A stretch of 64,000 bases of DNA, taken from contig CAXHJY010000264.1 of the NCBI GenBank assembly GCA_964016885.1, positions 310,001 through 374,000 of the forward strand, written 5' to 3'. A model generated the notes under the pieces. It saw nothing but the letters and a program-made list of their open reading frames with translations. It was not told the origin of the DNA and made no database searches. The DNA is from Eledone cirrhosa (taxonomy: Eukaryota). Position 1 is the stretch's first letter. Each line of letters starts with the position of its first letter. The translations under genes and the position numbers were made by a program. Shown here one piece after another: positions 50,701 through 64,000 of this stretch.

Positions 50701-53700
50701 TGATATTTAACATGGTAGATGTCAACAATGTGATATCTAACATGGTAGATATACTGTCTAAAGGAACAATAGAACATGGTACATGTCAACAGTGTGATAT
50801 ATAACATAGTAGATATACTGTCTAAAGCACTCTAGAACATGATGCAACAGTGAGATATCTAACATGGTAAATATACAGTCTAAAGGAACTATAGAACATG
50901 GTAGGTGTCAACAGGGTGATATCTAACATGGTAGATATACTGTCTAAAGGAACTATAGAACATGGTAGGTGTCAACAGGGTGATATCTAACATGGTAGAT
51001 ATACTGTCTAAAGGAACTATAGAACATGGTAGGTGTCAACAGGGTGATATCTAACATGGTAGATATACTGTCGTGAAGGAACTATAGAACATGGTACATG
51101 TCAACAGTGTGATATCTAACATGGTAGATATACTGACTAAAGGTACTATAGAACATGGTAGATGTGAACAGTGTGATATCTAACATGGTAGATATATTGT
51201 CTAAAGCACTCTAGAACATGGTACAGGTCAACAGTCTGATATCTAACATGGTAGATATACTGTCTAATGGTACTATAGAACATGGTAGATGCAACACTGA
51301 GATATCTAACATTTTAGACATAGTGTGTAAATGTACTATAGAACATGGTAGGTGTCAACAGGGTGATATCTAACATGGTAGATATACAGTCTAAAGGTAC
51401 TATAGAACTTGGTACATGTCAACAGTGTGATATATAACATAGTAGATATACTGTCTAAAGGAACTATAGAACATGGTACATGTCAACAGTGTGATATTTA
51501 ACATGGTAGATGTCAACAATGTGATATCTAACATGGTAGATATACTGTCTAAAGGAACAATAGAACATGGTACATGTCAACAGTGTGATATATAACATAG
51601 TAGATATACTGTCTAAAGCACTCTAGAACATGGTACAGGTCAACAGTGTGATATCTAACATGGTAGATATACTGTCTAAAGGCACTATAGAACATGGTAC
51701 AGGTCAACAGTGTGATATCTAACATGGTAGATATACTGTCTAAAGGTACTATAGAACATGGTAGGTGTCAACAGTGTGATATCTAACATGGTAGATATAC
51801 TGTCTAAAGGAACTATAGAACATGGTACACGTCATCAGTGTGATATCTAACATGGTAGATATACTGTCTAAAGGTACTATAGAACATAGTACATGTCAAC
51901 AGTGTGATATCTAACATGGTAGATATACTGTCTAAAGGAACTATAGAACATGGTAGATGTCAACAGGGTGATATCTAACAAGGTAGGTGTCAACAGTGTG
52001 ATATCTAACATGGTAGATATACTGTCTAAAGGAACTATAGAACATGGTAGATGTCAACAATGTGATATCTAACATGGTAGATATACTGTCTAAAGGTATT
52101 ATAGAACATGGTACATGTCAACAGTGTGATATCTAACATGGTAGATATACTGTCTAAAGGTATTATAGAACATGGTACATGTCAACAGTGTGATATCTAA
52201 CATGGTAGATGTCAACAATGTGATATCTAACATTGTAGATATACTGTCTAAAGGAACTATAGAACATGGTACACGTCATCAGTGTGATATCTAAAATGCT
52301 AGATATACTGTCTAAAGGAACTATAGAACATGGTAGATGTCATCAGTGTGATATCTAAAATGCTAGATATACTGTCTAAAGGTACTATAGAACATGGTAC
52401 ATGTCAACAGTGTGATATATAGCATGGTAGATATACTGTCTAAAGGTACTATAGAACATGGTACATGTCAACAGTGTGATATCTAACATGGTAGATGTCA
52501 ACAGTGTGATATCTAACATGGTAGATATACTGTCTAAAGGAACTATAGAACATGGTACATGTCAACAGTGTGATATCTAACATGGTAGATATACTGTCTA
52601 AAGGAACTATAGAACATGGTAGGTGTCAACAGGGTGACATCTAACATGGTAGATATACCGTCTAAAGGTACTATAGAACATGGTAGATGTCAACAGGGTG
52701 ATATCTAACATGGTAGGTGTCAACAGTGTGATATCTAACATGGTAGATATACCGTCTAAAGGTACTATAGAACATGGTAGGTGTCAACAGGGTGATATCT
52801 AACATGGTAGGTGTCAACAGTGTGATATCTAACATGGTGGATATACTGTCTAAAGGAACGATAGAACATGGTACATGACAACAGTGAGATATCTAACATG
52901 GTAGATATACTTTCTAAAGGAACTATAGAACATGGTAGGTGTCAACAGGGTGATATCTAACATGGTAGATGTCAACACTGTGATATCTAACATGGTAAAT
53001 ATACTGTCTAAAGGAACTATAGAACATGGTACATGTCAACAGTGTGATATCAAACATGGTAGATATACTGTCTAAAGGTACTATAGAACATGGTAGATGT
53101 CAACAGTGTGATATCTAACATGGTAGATGTCAACAGTGTGATATCTAACATGGTAGATATATTGTCTAAAGCACTCTAGAACATGGTACAGGTCAACAGT
53201 GTGATATCTAACATGGTAGATATACTGTCTAATGGTACTATAGAACATGGTAGATGCAACACTGAGATATCTAACATGGTAGACATAGTGTATAAATGTA
53301 CTATAGAACATGGTAGGTGTCAACAGGGTGATATCTAACATGGTAGATATACAGTCTAAAGGTACTATAGAACATGGTACATGTCAACAGTGTGATATAT
53401 AACATAGTAGATATACTGTCTAAAGGAACTATAGAACATGGTAGATGTCAACAGTGTGATATCTAACATGGTAAATGTACTGTCTAAAGGTACTATAGAA
53501 CATGGTACATGTCAACAGTGTGATATATGACATGGTAGATATACTGTCTAAAGGAACTATAGAACATGGTACATGTCAACAGTGTGATATCTAACATGGT
53601 AGATATACTGTCTAAAGGAACTATAGAACATGGTACATGTCAACAGTGTGATATCTAACATGGTAGATATACTGTCTAAATGTACTATAGAACATGGTAG

Positions 53701-56700
53701 ATGTCAACAGGGTGATATCTAACATGGTAGGTGTCAACAGTGTGATATCTAACATGGTAGATATACTGTCTAAAGGAACTATTGAACATGGTACATGTCA
53801 ACAGTGTGATATCTAACATGGTAGATATAGTCTATAGCACTCTAGAACATGGTACAGGTCAACAGTGTGATATCTAACATGGTAGATATACTGTCTAAAG
53901 GTACTATAGAACATGGTACATGTCAACACTGTGATATCTAACATGGTAGATATACTGTCTAAAGGAACTATTGAACATGGTAGATGTCAACAGTGTGATA
54001 TTTAACATGGTAGATGTCAACAGTGTGATATCTAACATGGTAGATATACTGTCTAAAGGAACTATAGAACATGGTACATGTCAACAGTGTGATATATAAC
54101 ATAGTAGATATACTGTCTAAAGCACTCTAGAACATGGTACAGGTCAACAGTGTGATATCTAACATGGTAGATATACTGTCTAAAGGCACTATAGAACATG
54201 GTACAGGTCAACAGTGTGATATCTAACATGGTAGATATACTGTCTAAAGGTACTATAGAACATGGTAGATGCAACAGTGAGATATCTAACATGGTAAATA
54301 TACAGTCTAAAGGAACTATAGAACATGGTAGGTGTCAACAGGGTGATATCTAACATGGTAGATATACTGTCTAAAGGAACTATAGAACATGATAGGTGTC
54401 AACAGGGTGATATCTAACATGGTAGATATACTGTCTAAAGGAACTATAGAACATGGTAGGTGTCAACAGTGTGATATCTAACATGGTAAATGTACTGTCT
54501 AAAGGAACTATAGAACATGGTACATGTCAACAGTGTGATATCTAACATGGTAGATATACTGTCTAAAGGAACTATAGAACATGGTAGATGTCAACAGTGT
54601 GATATCTAACATGGTAGATATACTGTCTAAAGGAACTATAGAACATGGTAGATGTCAACAGTGTGATATATAACATAGTAGATATACTGTCTAAAGGCAC
54701 TATAGAACATGGTACAGGTCAACAGTGTGATATCTAACATGGTAGATGTCAACAGTGTGATATCTAACATGGTAGATATACTGGCTAAAGGAACTATAGA
54801 ACATGGTACATGTCAACAGTGTGATATCTAACATGGTAAATATACTGTCTAAAGGAACTATAGAACATGGTAGGTGTCAACAGGGTGATATCTAACATGG
54901 TAGATATACTGTCTAAAGGAACTATAGAACATGGTAGGTGTCAACAGGGTGATATCTAACATGGTAGATATACTGTCTAAAGGAACTATAGAACATGGTA
55001 CATGTCAACAGTGTGATATCTAACATGGTAGATATACTGACTAAAGGTACTATAGAACATGGTAGATGTGAACAGTGTGATATCTAACATGGTAGATATA
55101 TTGTCTAAAGCACTCTAGAACATGGTACAGGTCAACAGTCTGATATCTAACATGGTAGATATACTGTCTAATGGTACTATAGAACATGGTAGATGCAACA
55201 CTGAGATATCTAACATGGTAGACATAGTGTGTAAATGTACTATAGAACATGGTAGGTGTCAACAGGGTGATATCTAACATGGTAGATATACAGTCTAAAG
55301 GTACTATAGAACTTGGTACATGTCAACAGTGTGATATATAACATAGTAGATATACTGTCTAAAGGAACTATAGAACATGGTACATGTCAACAGTGTGATA
55401 TCTAACATGGTAAATGTACTGTCTAAAGGTACTATAGAACATGGTACATGTCAACACTGTGATATCTAACATGGTAGATATACTGTCTAAAGGAACTATA
55501 GAACATGGTACATGTCAACAGTGTGATATATAACATAGTAGATATACTGTCTAAAGCACTCTAGAACATGGTACAGGTCAACAGTGTGATATCTAACATG
55601 GTAGATATACTGTCTAAAGGCACTATAGAACATGGTACAGGTCAACAGTGTGATATCTAACATGGTAGATATACTGTCTAAAGGTACTATAGAACATGGT
55701 AGATGCAACACTGAGATATCTAACATGGTAAATATACAGTCTAAAGGAACTATAGAACATGGTAGGTGTCAACAGTGTGATATCTAACATGGTAAATGTA
55801 CTGTCTAAAGGTACTATAGAACATGCTACATGTCAACACTGTGATATCTAACATGGTAGATATACTGTCTAAAGGAACTATTGAACATGGTAGATGTCAA
55901 CAGTGTGATATTTAACATGGTAGATGTCAACAGTGTGATATCTAACATGGTAGATATACTGTCTAAAGGAACTATAGAACATGGTACATGTCAACAGTGT
56001 GATATATAACATAGTAGATATACTGTCTAAAGCACTCTAGAACATGGTACAGGTCAACAGTGTGATATCTAACATGGTAGATATACTGTCTAAAGGCACT
56101 ATAGAACATGGTACAGGTCAACAATGTGATATCTAACATGGTAGATATACTGTCTAAAGGTACTATAGAACATGGTAGGTGTCAACAGTGTGATATCTAA
56201 CATGGTAGATATACTGTCTAAAGGAACTATAGAACATGGTACACGTCATCAGTGTGATATCTAACATGGTAGATATACTGTCTAAAGGTACTATAGAACA
56301 TAGTACATGTCAACAGTGTGATATCTAACATGGTAGATATACTGTCTAAAGGAACTATAGAACATGGTACATGTCAACAGTGTGATATCTAACATGGTAG
56401 ATATACTGTCTAAAGGTATTATAGAACATGGTACAGGTCAACAGTGTGATATCTAACATGGTAGATATACTGTCTAAAGGTACTATAGAACATGGTAGGT
56501 GTCAACAGTGTGATATCTAACATGGTAGATATACTGTCTAAAGGTATTATAGAACATGGTACATGTCAACAGTGTGATATCTAACATGGTAGATGTCAAC
56601 AATGTGATATCTAACATTGTAGATATACTGTCTAAAGGAACTATAGAACATGGTACACGTCATCAGTGTGATATCTAAAATGGTAGATATACTGTCTAAA

Positions 56701-59700
56701 GGAACTATAGAACATGGTATATGTCATCAGTGTGATATCTAAAATGGTAGATATACTGTCTAAAGGTACTATAGAACATGGTACATGTCAACAGTGTGAT
56801 ATATAGCATGGTAGATATACTGTCTAAAGGTACTATAGAACATGGTACATGTCAATAGTGTGATATCTAACATGGTAGATGTCAACAGTGTGATATCTAA
56901 CATGGTAGATGTCAACAGTGTGATATCTAACATGGTAGATATACTGTCTAAAGGAACTATAGAACATGGTACATGTCAACAGTGTGATATCTAACATGGT
57001 AAATATACTGTCTAAAGGAACTATAGAACATGGTACATGTCAACACTGTGATATCTAACATGGTAGATGTCATCAGTGTGATATCTAACATGGTAGATAT
57101 ACTGTGTAAAGGAACTATAGAACATGGTACATGTCAACAGTGTGATATCTAACATGGTAGATATACTGTCTAAAGGAACTATAGAACATGGTAGGTGTCA
57201 ACAGGGTGATATCTAACATGGTAGATATACCGTCTAAAGGTACTATAGAACATGGTAGATGTCAACAGGGTGATATCTAACATGGTAGGTGTCAACAGTG
57301 TGATATCTAACATGGTAGATATACCGTCTAAAGGTACTATAGAACATGGTAGGTGTCAACAGGGTGATATCTAACATGGTAGGTGTCAACAGTGTGATAT
57401 CTAACATGGTAGATATACTGTCTAAAGGAACGATAGAACATGGTACATGTCAACAGTGAGATATCTATCATGGTAGATATACTTTCTAAAGGAACTATAG
57501 AACATGGTAGGTGTCAACAGGGTGATATCTAACATGGTAGATGTCAACACTGTGATATCTAACATGGTAAATATACTGTCTAAAGGAACTATAGAACATG
57601 GTACATGTCAACAGTGTGATATCAAACATGGTAGATATACTGTCTAAAGGTACTATAGAACATGGTAGATGTCAACAGTGTGATATCTAACATGGTAGAT
57701 GTCAACAGTGTGATATCTAACATGGTAGATATATTTTCTAAAGCACTCTAGAACATGGTACAGGTCAACAGTGTGATATCTAACATGGTAGATATACTGT
57801 CTAATGGTACTATAGAACATGGTAGATGCAACACTGAGATATCTAACATGGTAGACATAGTGTATAAATGTACTATAGAACATGGTAGGTGTCAACAGGG
57901 TGATATCTAACATGGTAGATATACAGTCTAAAGGTACTATAGAACATGGTACATGTCAACAGTGTGATATATAACATAGTAGATATACTGTCTAAAGGAA
58001 CTATAGAACATGGTAGATGTCAACAGTGTGATATCTAACATGGTAAATGTACTGTCTAAAGGTACTATAGAACATGGTACATGTCAACAGTGTGATATAT
58101 GACATAGTAGATATACTGTCTAAAGGAACTATAGAACATGGTACATGTCAACAGTGTGATATCTAACATGGTAGATATACTGTCTAAAGGAACTATTGAA
58201 CATGGTAGATGTCAACAGTGTGATATCTAACATGGTAGATATACTGTCTAAAGGAACTATAGAACATGGTACATGTCAACAGTGTGATATCTAACATGGT
58301 AGATATACTGTCTAAATGTACTATAGAACATGGTAGATGTCAACAGGGTGATATCTAACATGGTAGGTGTCAACAGTGTGATATCTAACATGGTAGATAT
58401 ACTGTCTAAAGGAACTATTGAACATGGTACATGTCAACAGTGTGATATCTAACATGGTAGATATAGTCTATAGCACTCTAGAACATGGTACAGGTCAACA
58501 GTGTGATATCTAACATGGTAGATATACTGTCTAAAGGTACTATAGAACATGGTACATGTCAACACTGTGATATCTAACATGGTAGATATACTGTCTAAAG
58601 GAACTATTGAACATGGTAGATGTCAACAGTGTGATATTTAACATGGTAGATGTCAACAGTGTGATATCTAACATGGTAGATATACTGTCTAAAGGAACTA
58701 TAGAACATGGTACATGTCAACAGTGTGATATATAACATAGTAGATATACTGTCTAAAGCACTCTAGAACATGGTACAGGTCAACAGTGTGATATCTAACA
58801 TGGTAGATATACTGTCTAAAGGCACTATAGAACATGGTACAGGTCAACAGTGTGATATCTAACATGGTAGATATACTGTCTAAAGGTACTATAGAACATG
58901 GTAGATGCAACAGTGAGATATCTAACATGGTAAATATACAGTCTAAAGGAACTATAGAACATGGTAGGTGTCAACAGGGTGATATCTAACATGGTAGATA
59001 TACTGTCTAAAGGAACTATAGAACATGATAGGTGTCAACAGGGTGATATCTAACATGGTAGATATACTGTCTAAAGGAACTATAGAACATGGTAGGTGTC
59101 AACAGGGTGATATCTAACATGGTAGATATACTGTCTAAAGGAACTATAGAACATGGTAGATGTCAACAGGGTGATATCTAACATGGTAGGTGTCAACAGT
59201 GTGATATCTAATATGGTAGATATACTGTCTAAAGGAACTATAGAACATGGTAGATGTCAACAGTGTGATATATAGCATGGTAGATATACTGTCTAAAGGT
59301 ACTATAGAACATGGTACATGTCAACAGTGTGATATCTAACATGGTAGATGTCAACAGTGTGATATCTAACATGGTAGATATACTGTCTAAAGGAACTATA
59401 GAACATGGTACATGTCAACAGTGTGATATCTAACATGGTAAATATACTGTCTAAAGGAACTATAGAACATGGTAGGTGTCAACAGTGTGATATCTAACAT
59501 GGTAGATATACTGACTAAAGGTACTATAGAACATGGTAGATGTGAACAGTGTGATATCTAACATGGTAGATATATTTTCTAAAGCACTCTAGAACATGGT
59601 ACAGGTCAACAGTCTGATATCTAACATGGTAGATATACTGTCTAATGGTACTATAGAACATGGTAGATGCAACACTGAGATATCTAACATGGTAGACATA

Positions 59701-62700
59701 GTGTGTAAATGTACTATAGAACTTGGTACATGTCAACAGTGTGATATATAACATAGTAGATATACTGTCTAAAGGAACTATAGAACATGGTACATGTCAA
59801 CAGTGTGATATCTAACATGGTAAATGTACTGTCTAAAGGTACTATAGAACATGGTACATGTCAACAGTGTGATATATGACATAGTAGATATACTGTCTAA
59901 AGGAACTATAGAACATGGTACATGTCAACAGTGTGATATCTAACATGGTAGATATACTGTCTAAAGGAACTATTGAACATGGTAGATGTCAACAGTGTGA
60001 TATCTAACATGGTAGATATACTGTCTAAAGGAACTATAGAACATGGTACATGTCAACAGTGTGATATCTAACATGGTAGATATACTGTCTAAAGGAACTA
60101 TAGAACATGGTAGATGTCAACAGGGTGATATCTAACATGGTAGGTGTCAACAGTGTGATATCTAACATGGTAGATATACTGTCTAAATGTACTATAGAAC
60201 ATGGTAGATGTCAACAGGGTGATATCTAACATGGTAGGTGTCAACAGTGTGATATCTAACATGGTAGATATACTGTCTAAAGGAACTATTGAACATGGTA
60301 CATGTCAACAGTGTGATATCTAACATGGTAGATATAGTCTATAGCACTCTAGAACATGGTACAGGTCAACAGTGTGATATCTAACATGGTAGATATACTG
60401 TCTAAAGGTACTATAGAACATGGTACATGTCAACACTGTGATATCTAACATGGTAGATATACTGTCTAAAGGAACTATTGAACATGGTAGATGTCAACAG
60501 TGTGATATTTAACATGGTAGATGTCAACAGTGTGATATCTAACATGGTAGATATACTGTCTAAAGGAACTATAGAACATGGTACATGTCAACAGTGTGAT
60601 GTATAACATAGTAGATATACTGTCTAAAGCACTCTAGAACATGGTACAGGTCAACAGTGTGATATCTAACATGGTAGATATACTGTCTAAAGGTACTATA
60701 GAACATAGTAGATGCAACAGTGAGATATCTAACATGGTAAATATACAGTCTAAAGGAACTATAGAACATGGTAGGTGTCAACAGGGTGATATCTAACATG
60801 GTAGATATACTGTCTAAAGGAACTATAGAACATGGTAGGTGTCAACAGGGTGATATCTAACATGGTAGATATACTGTCTAAAGGAACTATAGAACATGGT
60901 AGGTGTCAACAGGGTGATATCTAACATGGTAGATATACTGTCGTGAAGGAACTATAGAACATGGTACATGTCAACAGTGTGATATCTAACATGGTAGATA
61001 TACTGACTAAAGGTACTATAGAACATGGTAGATGTGAACAGTGTGATATCTAACATGGTAGATATATTGTCTAAAGCACTCTAGAACATGGTACAGGTCA
61101 ACAGTCTGATATCTAACATGGTAGATATACTGTCTAATGGTACTATAGAACATGGTAGATGCAACACTGAGATATCTAACATTTTAGACATAGTGTGTAA
61201 ATGTACTATAGAACATGGTAGGTGTCAACAGGGTGATATCTAACATGGTAGATATACAGTCTAAAGGTACTATAGAACTTGGTACAGGTCAACAGTGTGA
61301 TATATAACATAGTAGATATACTGTCTAAAGGAACTATAGAACATGGTACATGTCAACAGTGTGATATCTAACATGGTAAATGTACTGTCTAAAGGTACTA
61401 TAGAACATGGTACATGTCAACACTGTGATATCTAACATGGTAGATATACTGTCTAAAGGAACTATTGAACATGGTAGATGTCAACAGTGTGATATTTAAC
61501 ATGGTAGATGTCAACAGTGTGATATCTAACATGGTAGATATACTGTCTAAAGGAACTATAGAACATGGTACATGTCAACAGTGTGATATATAACATAGTA
61601 GATATACTGTCTAAAGCACTCTAGAACATGGTACAGGTCAACAGTGTGATATCTAACATGGTAGATATACTGTCTAAAGGCACTATAGAACATGGTACAA
61701 GTCAACAGTGTGATATCTAACATGGTAGATATACTGTCTAAAGGTACTATAGAACATGGTAGGTGTCAACAGTGTGATATCTAACATGGTAGATATACTG
61801 TCTAAAGGAACTATAGAACATGGTACACGTCATCAGTGTGATATCTAACATGGTAGATATACTGTCTAAAGGTACTATAGAACATAGTACATGTCAACAG
61901 TGTGATATCTAACATGGTAGATATACTGTCTAAAGGAACTATAGAACATGGTACATGTCAACAGTGTGATATCTAAAATGGTAGATATACTGTCTAAAGG
62001 AACTATAGAACATGGTAGATGTCAACAGGGTGATATCTAACAAGGTAGGTGTCAACAGTGTGATATCTAACATGGTAGATATACTGTCTAAAGGAACTAT
62101 AGAACATGGTAGATGTCAACAGTGTGATATCTAACATGGTAGATATACTGTCTAAAGGTATTATAGAACATGGTACATGTCAACAGTGTGATATCTAACA
62201 TGGTAGATATACTGTCTAAAGGTATTATAGAACATGGTACATGTCAACAGTGTGATATCTAACATGGTAGATGTCAACAATGTGATATCTAACATTGTAG
62301 ATATACTGTCTAAAGGAACTATAGAACATGGTACACGTCATCAGTGTGATATCTAAAATGGTAGATATACTGTCTAAAGGAACTATAGAACATGGTATAT
62401 GTCATCAGTGTGATATCTAAAATGGTAGATATACTGTCTAAAGGTACTATAGAACATGGTACATGTCAACAGTGTGATATATAGCATGGTAGATATACTG
62501 TCTAAAGGAACTATAGAACATGGTACATGTCAACACTGTGATATCTAACATGGTAGATGTCAACAGTGTGATATCTAACATGGTAGATGTCAACAGTGTG
62601 ATATCTAACATGGTAGATATACTGTCTAAAGGAACTATAGAATATGGTATATGTCATCAGTGTGATATCTAAAATGGTAGATATACTGTCTAAAGGTACT

Positions 62701-64000
62701 ATAGAACATGGTACATGTCAACAGTGTGATATATAGCATGGTAGATATACTGTCTAAAGGTACTATAGAACATGGTACATGTCAATAGTGTGATATCTAA
62801 CATGGTAAATATACTGTCTAAAGGAACTATAGAACATGGTACATGTCAACACTGTGATATCTAACATGGTAGATGTCATCAGTGTGATATCTAACATGGT
62901 AGATATACTGTGTAAAGGAACTATAGAACATGGTACATGTCAACAGTGTGATATCTAACATGGTAGATATACTGTCTAAAGGAACTATAGAACATGGTAG
63001 GTGTCAACAGGGTGATATCTAACATGGTAGATATACCGTCTAAAGGTACTATAGAACATGGTAGATGTCAACAGGGTGATATCTAACATGGTAGGTGTCA
63101 ACAGTGTGATATCTAACATGGTAGATATACCGTCTAAAGGTACTATAGAACATGGTAGGTGTCAACAGGGTGATATCTAACATGGTAGGTGTCAACAGTG
63201 TGATATCTAACATGGTAGATATACTGTCTAAAGGAACGATAGAACATGGTACATGTCAACAGTGAGATATCTATCATGGTAGATATACTTTCTAAAGGAA
63301 CTATAGAACATGGTAGGTGTCAACAGGGTGATATCTAACATGGTAGATGTCAACACTGTGATATCTAACATGGTAAATATACTGTCTAAAGGAACTATAG
63401 AACATGGTACATGTCAACAGTGTGATATCAAACATGGTAGATATACTGTCTAAAGGTACTATAGAACATGGTAGATGTCAACAGTGTGATATCTAACATG
63501 GTAGATGTCAACAGTGTGATATCTAACATGGTAGATATATTTTCTAAAGCACTCTAGAACATGGTACAGGTCAACAGTGTGATATCTAACATGGTAGATA
63601 TACTGTCTAATGGTACTATAGAACATGGTAGATGCAACACTGAGATATCTAACATGGTAGACATAGTGTATAAATGTACTATAGAACATGGTAGGTGTCA
63701 ACAGGGTGATATCTAACATGGTAGATATACAGTCTAAAGGTACTATAGAACATGGTACATGTCAACAGTGTGATATATAACATAGTAGATATACTGTCTA
63801 AAGGAACTATAGAACATGGTAGATGTCAACAGTGTGATATCTAACATGGTAAATGTACTGTCTAAAGGTACTATAGAACATGGTACATGTCAACAGTGTG
63901 ATATATGACATAGTAGATATACTGTCTAAAGGAACTATAGAACATGGTACATGTCAACAGTGTGATATCTAACATGGTAGATATACTGTCTAAAGGAACT
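35739..64000. repeat. Satellite B: tandem array, 64-bp monomer (34-bp AACATGGTAGATATACTGTCTAAAGGAACTATAG + 30-bp AACATGGTAGATGTCAACAGTGTGATATCT); runs off the right edge
   Basis: Both sub-units start with AACATGGTA(G/C)AT. The 30-mer is often repeated in tandem (four or more copies at ~36288-36437, giving the MLDITLLTST repeats). EcoRV site (GATATC) in most monomers. The first ~350 bp are more degenerate. Confidence 0.98.
39320..48400. repeat. ~4534-bp higher-order tandem duplication within satellite B
   Basis: Identical ORFs at a 4534 offset (40589/45123, 40788/45322, 41663/46197, 42233/46767) and the rare variant CTAGAGGTAC (GAGGT at 39631/44165). Boundaries approximate. Confidence 0.9.

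Noticed and set aside
36218-63719. Repetitive ORFs (MLDITLLTST..., YHVRYHTVD...)
   Set aside because: Translations of the 30/34-bp modules. The 64-bp period shifts frame and stops recur, with no splice or domain evidence.
35739-64000. p53-like CATG half-sites (GAACATGGTACATGTC)
   Set aside because: The CATG cores are 7 bp apart rather than 10, and the flanks fit RRRCWWGYYY poorly.

Overview
Eukaryotic, repeat-dominated window, most likely octopus/coleoid cephalopod (inferred from my recall of the SINE and RTE-LINE tail sequences, not from a search). It has three parts. (1) 1-25827: a >25.8 kb tandem satellite with a 41-bp monomer built from 14-bp and 27-bp sub-units. (2) 25826-35738: a ~10 kb island of nested, decayed transposons: RTE-type LINE pieces in both orientations, a Chapaev3-like DNA transposase remnant interrupted by a SINE, a 5'-truncated L1/Tx1-clade LINE in a TC/TA microsatellite, and tRNA-derived SINEs. 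(3) 35739-64000: a >28.2 kb satellite with a 64-bp monomer built from 30-bp and 34-bp sub-units. The key hidden feature is one clean 71-bp minus-strand exon (35368-35438) with strong splice sites, encoding ALEKGHYDIANEIHLTLMIDHTAE, which resembles the C-terminal SRA1/Sec31 domain of SRA1/SRAP. No neighbouring exon is visible, so both satellite arrays appear to lie in the two giant introns flanking it. The ORFs in the satellites are artefacts of the repeats. No CRISPR array, rRNA or intact tRNA was found.
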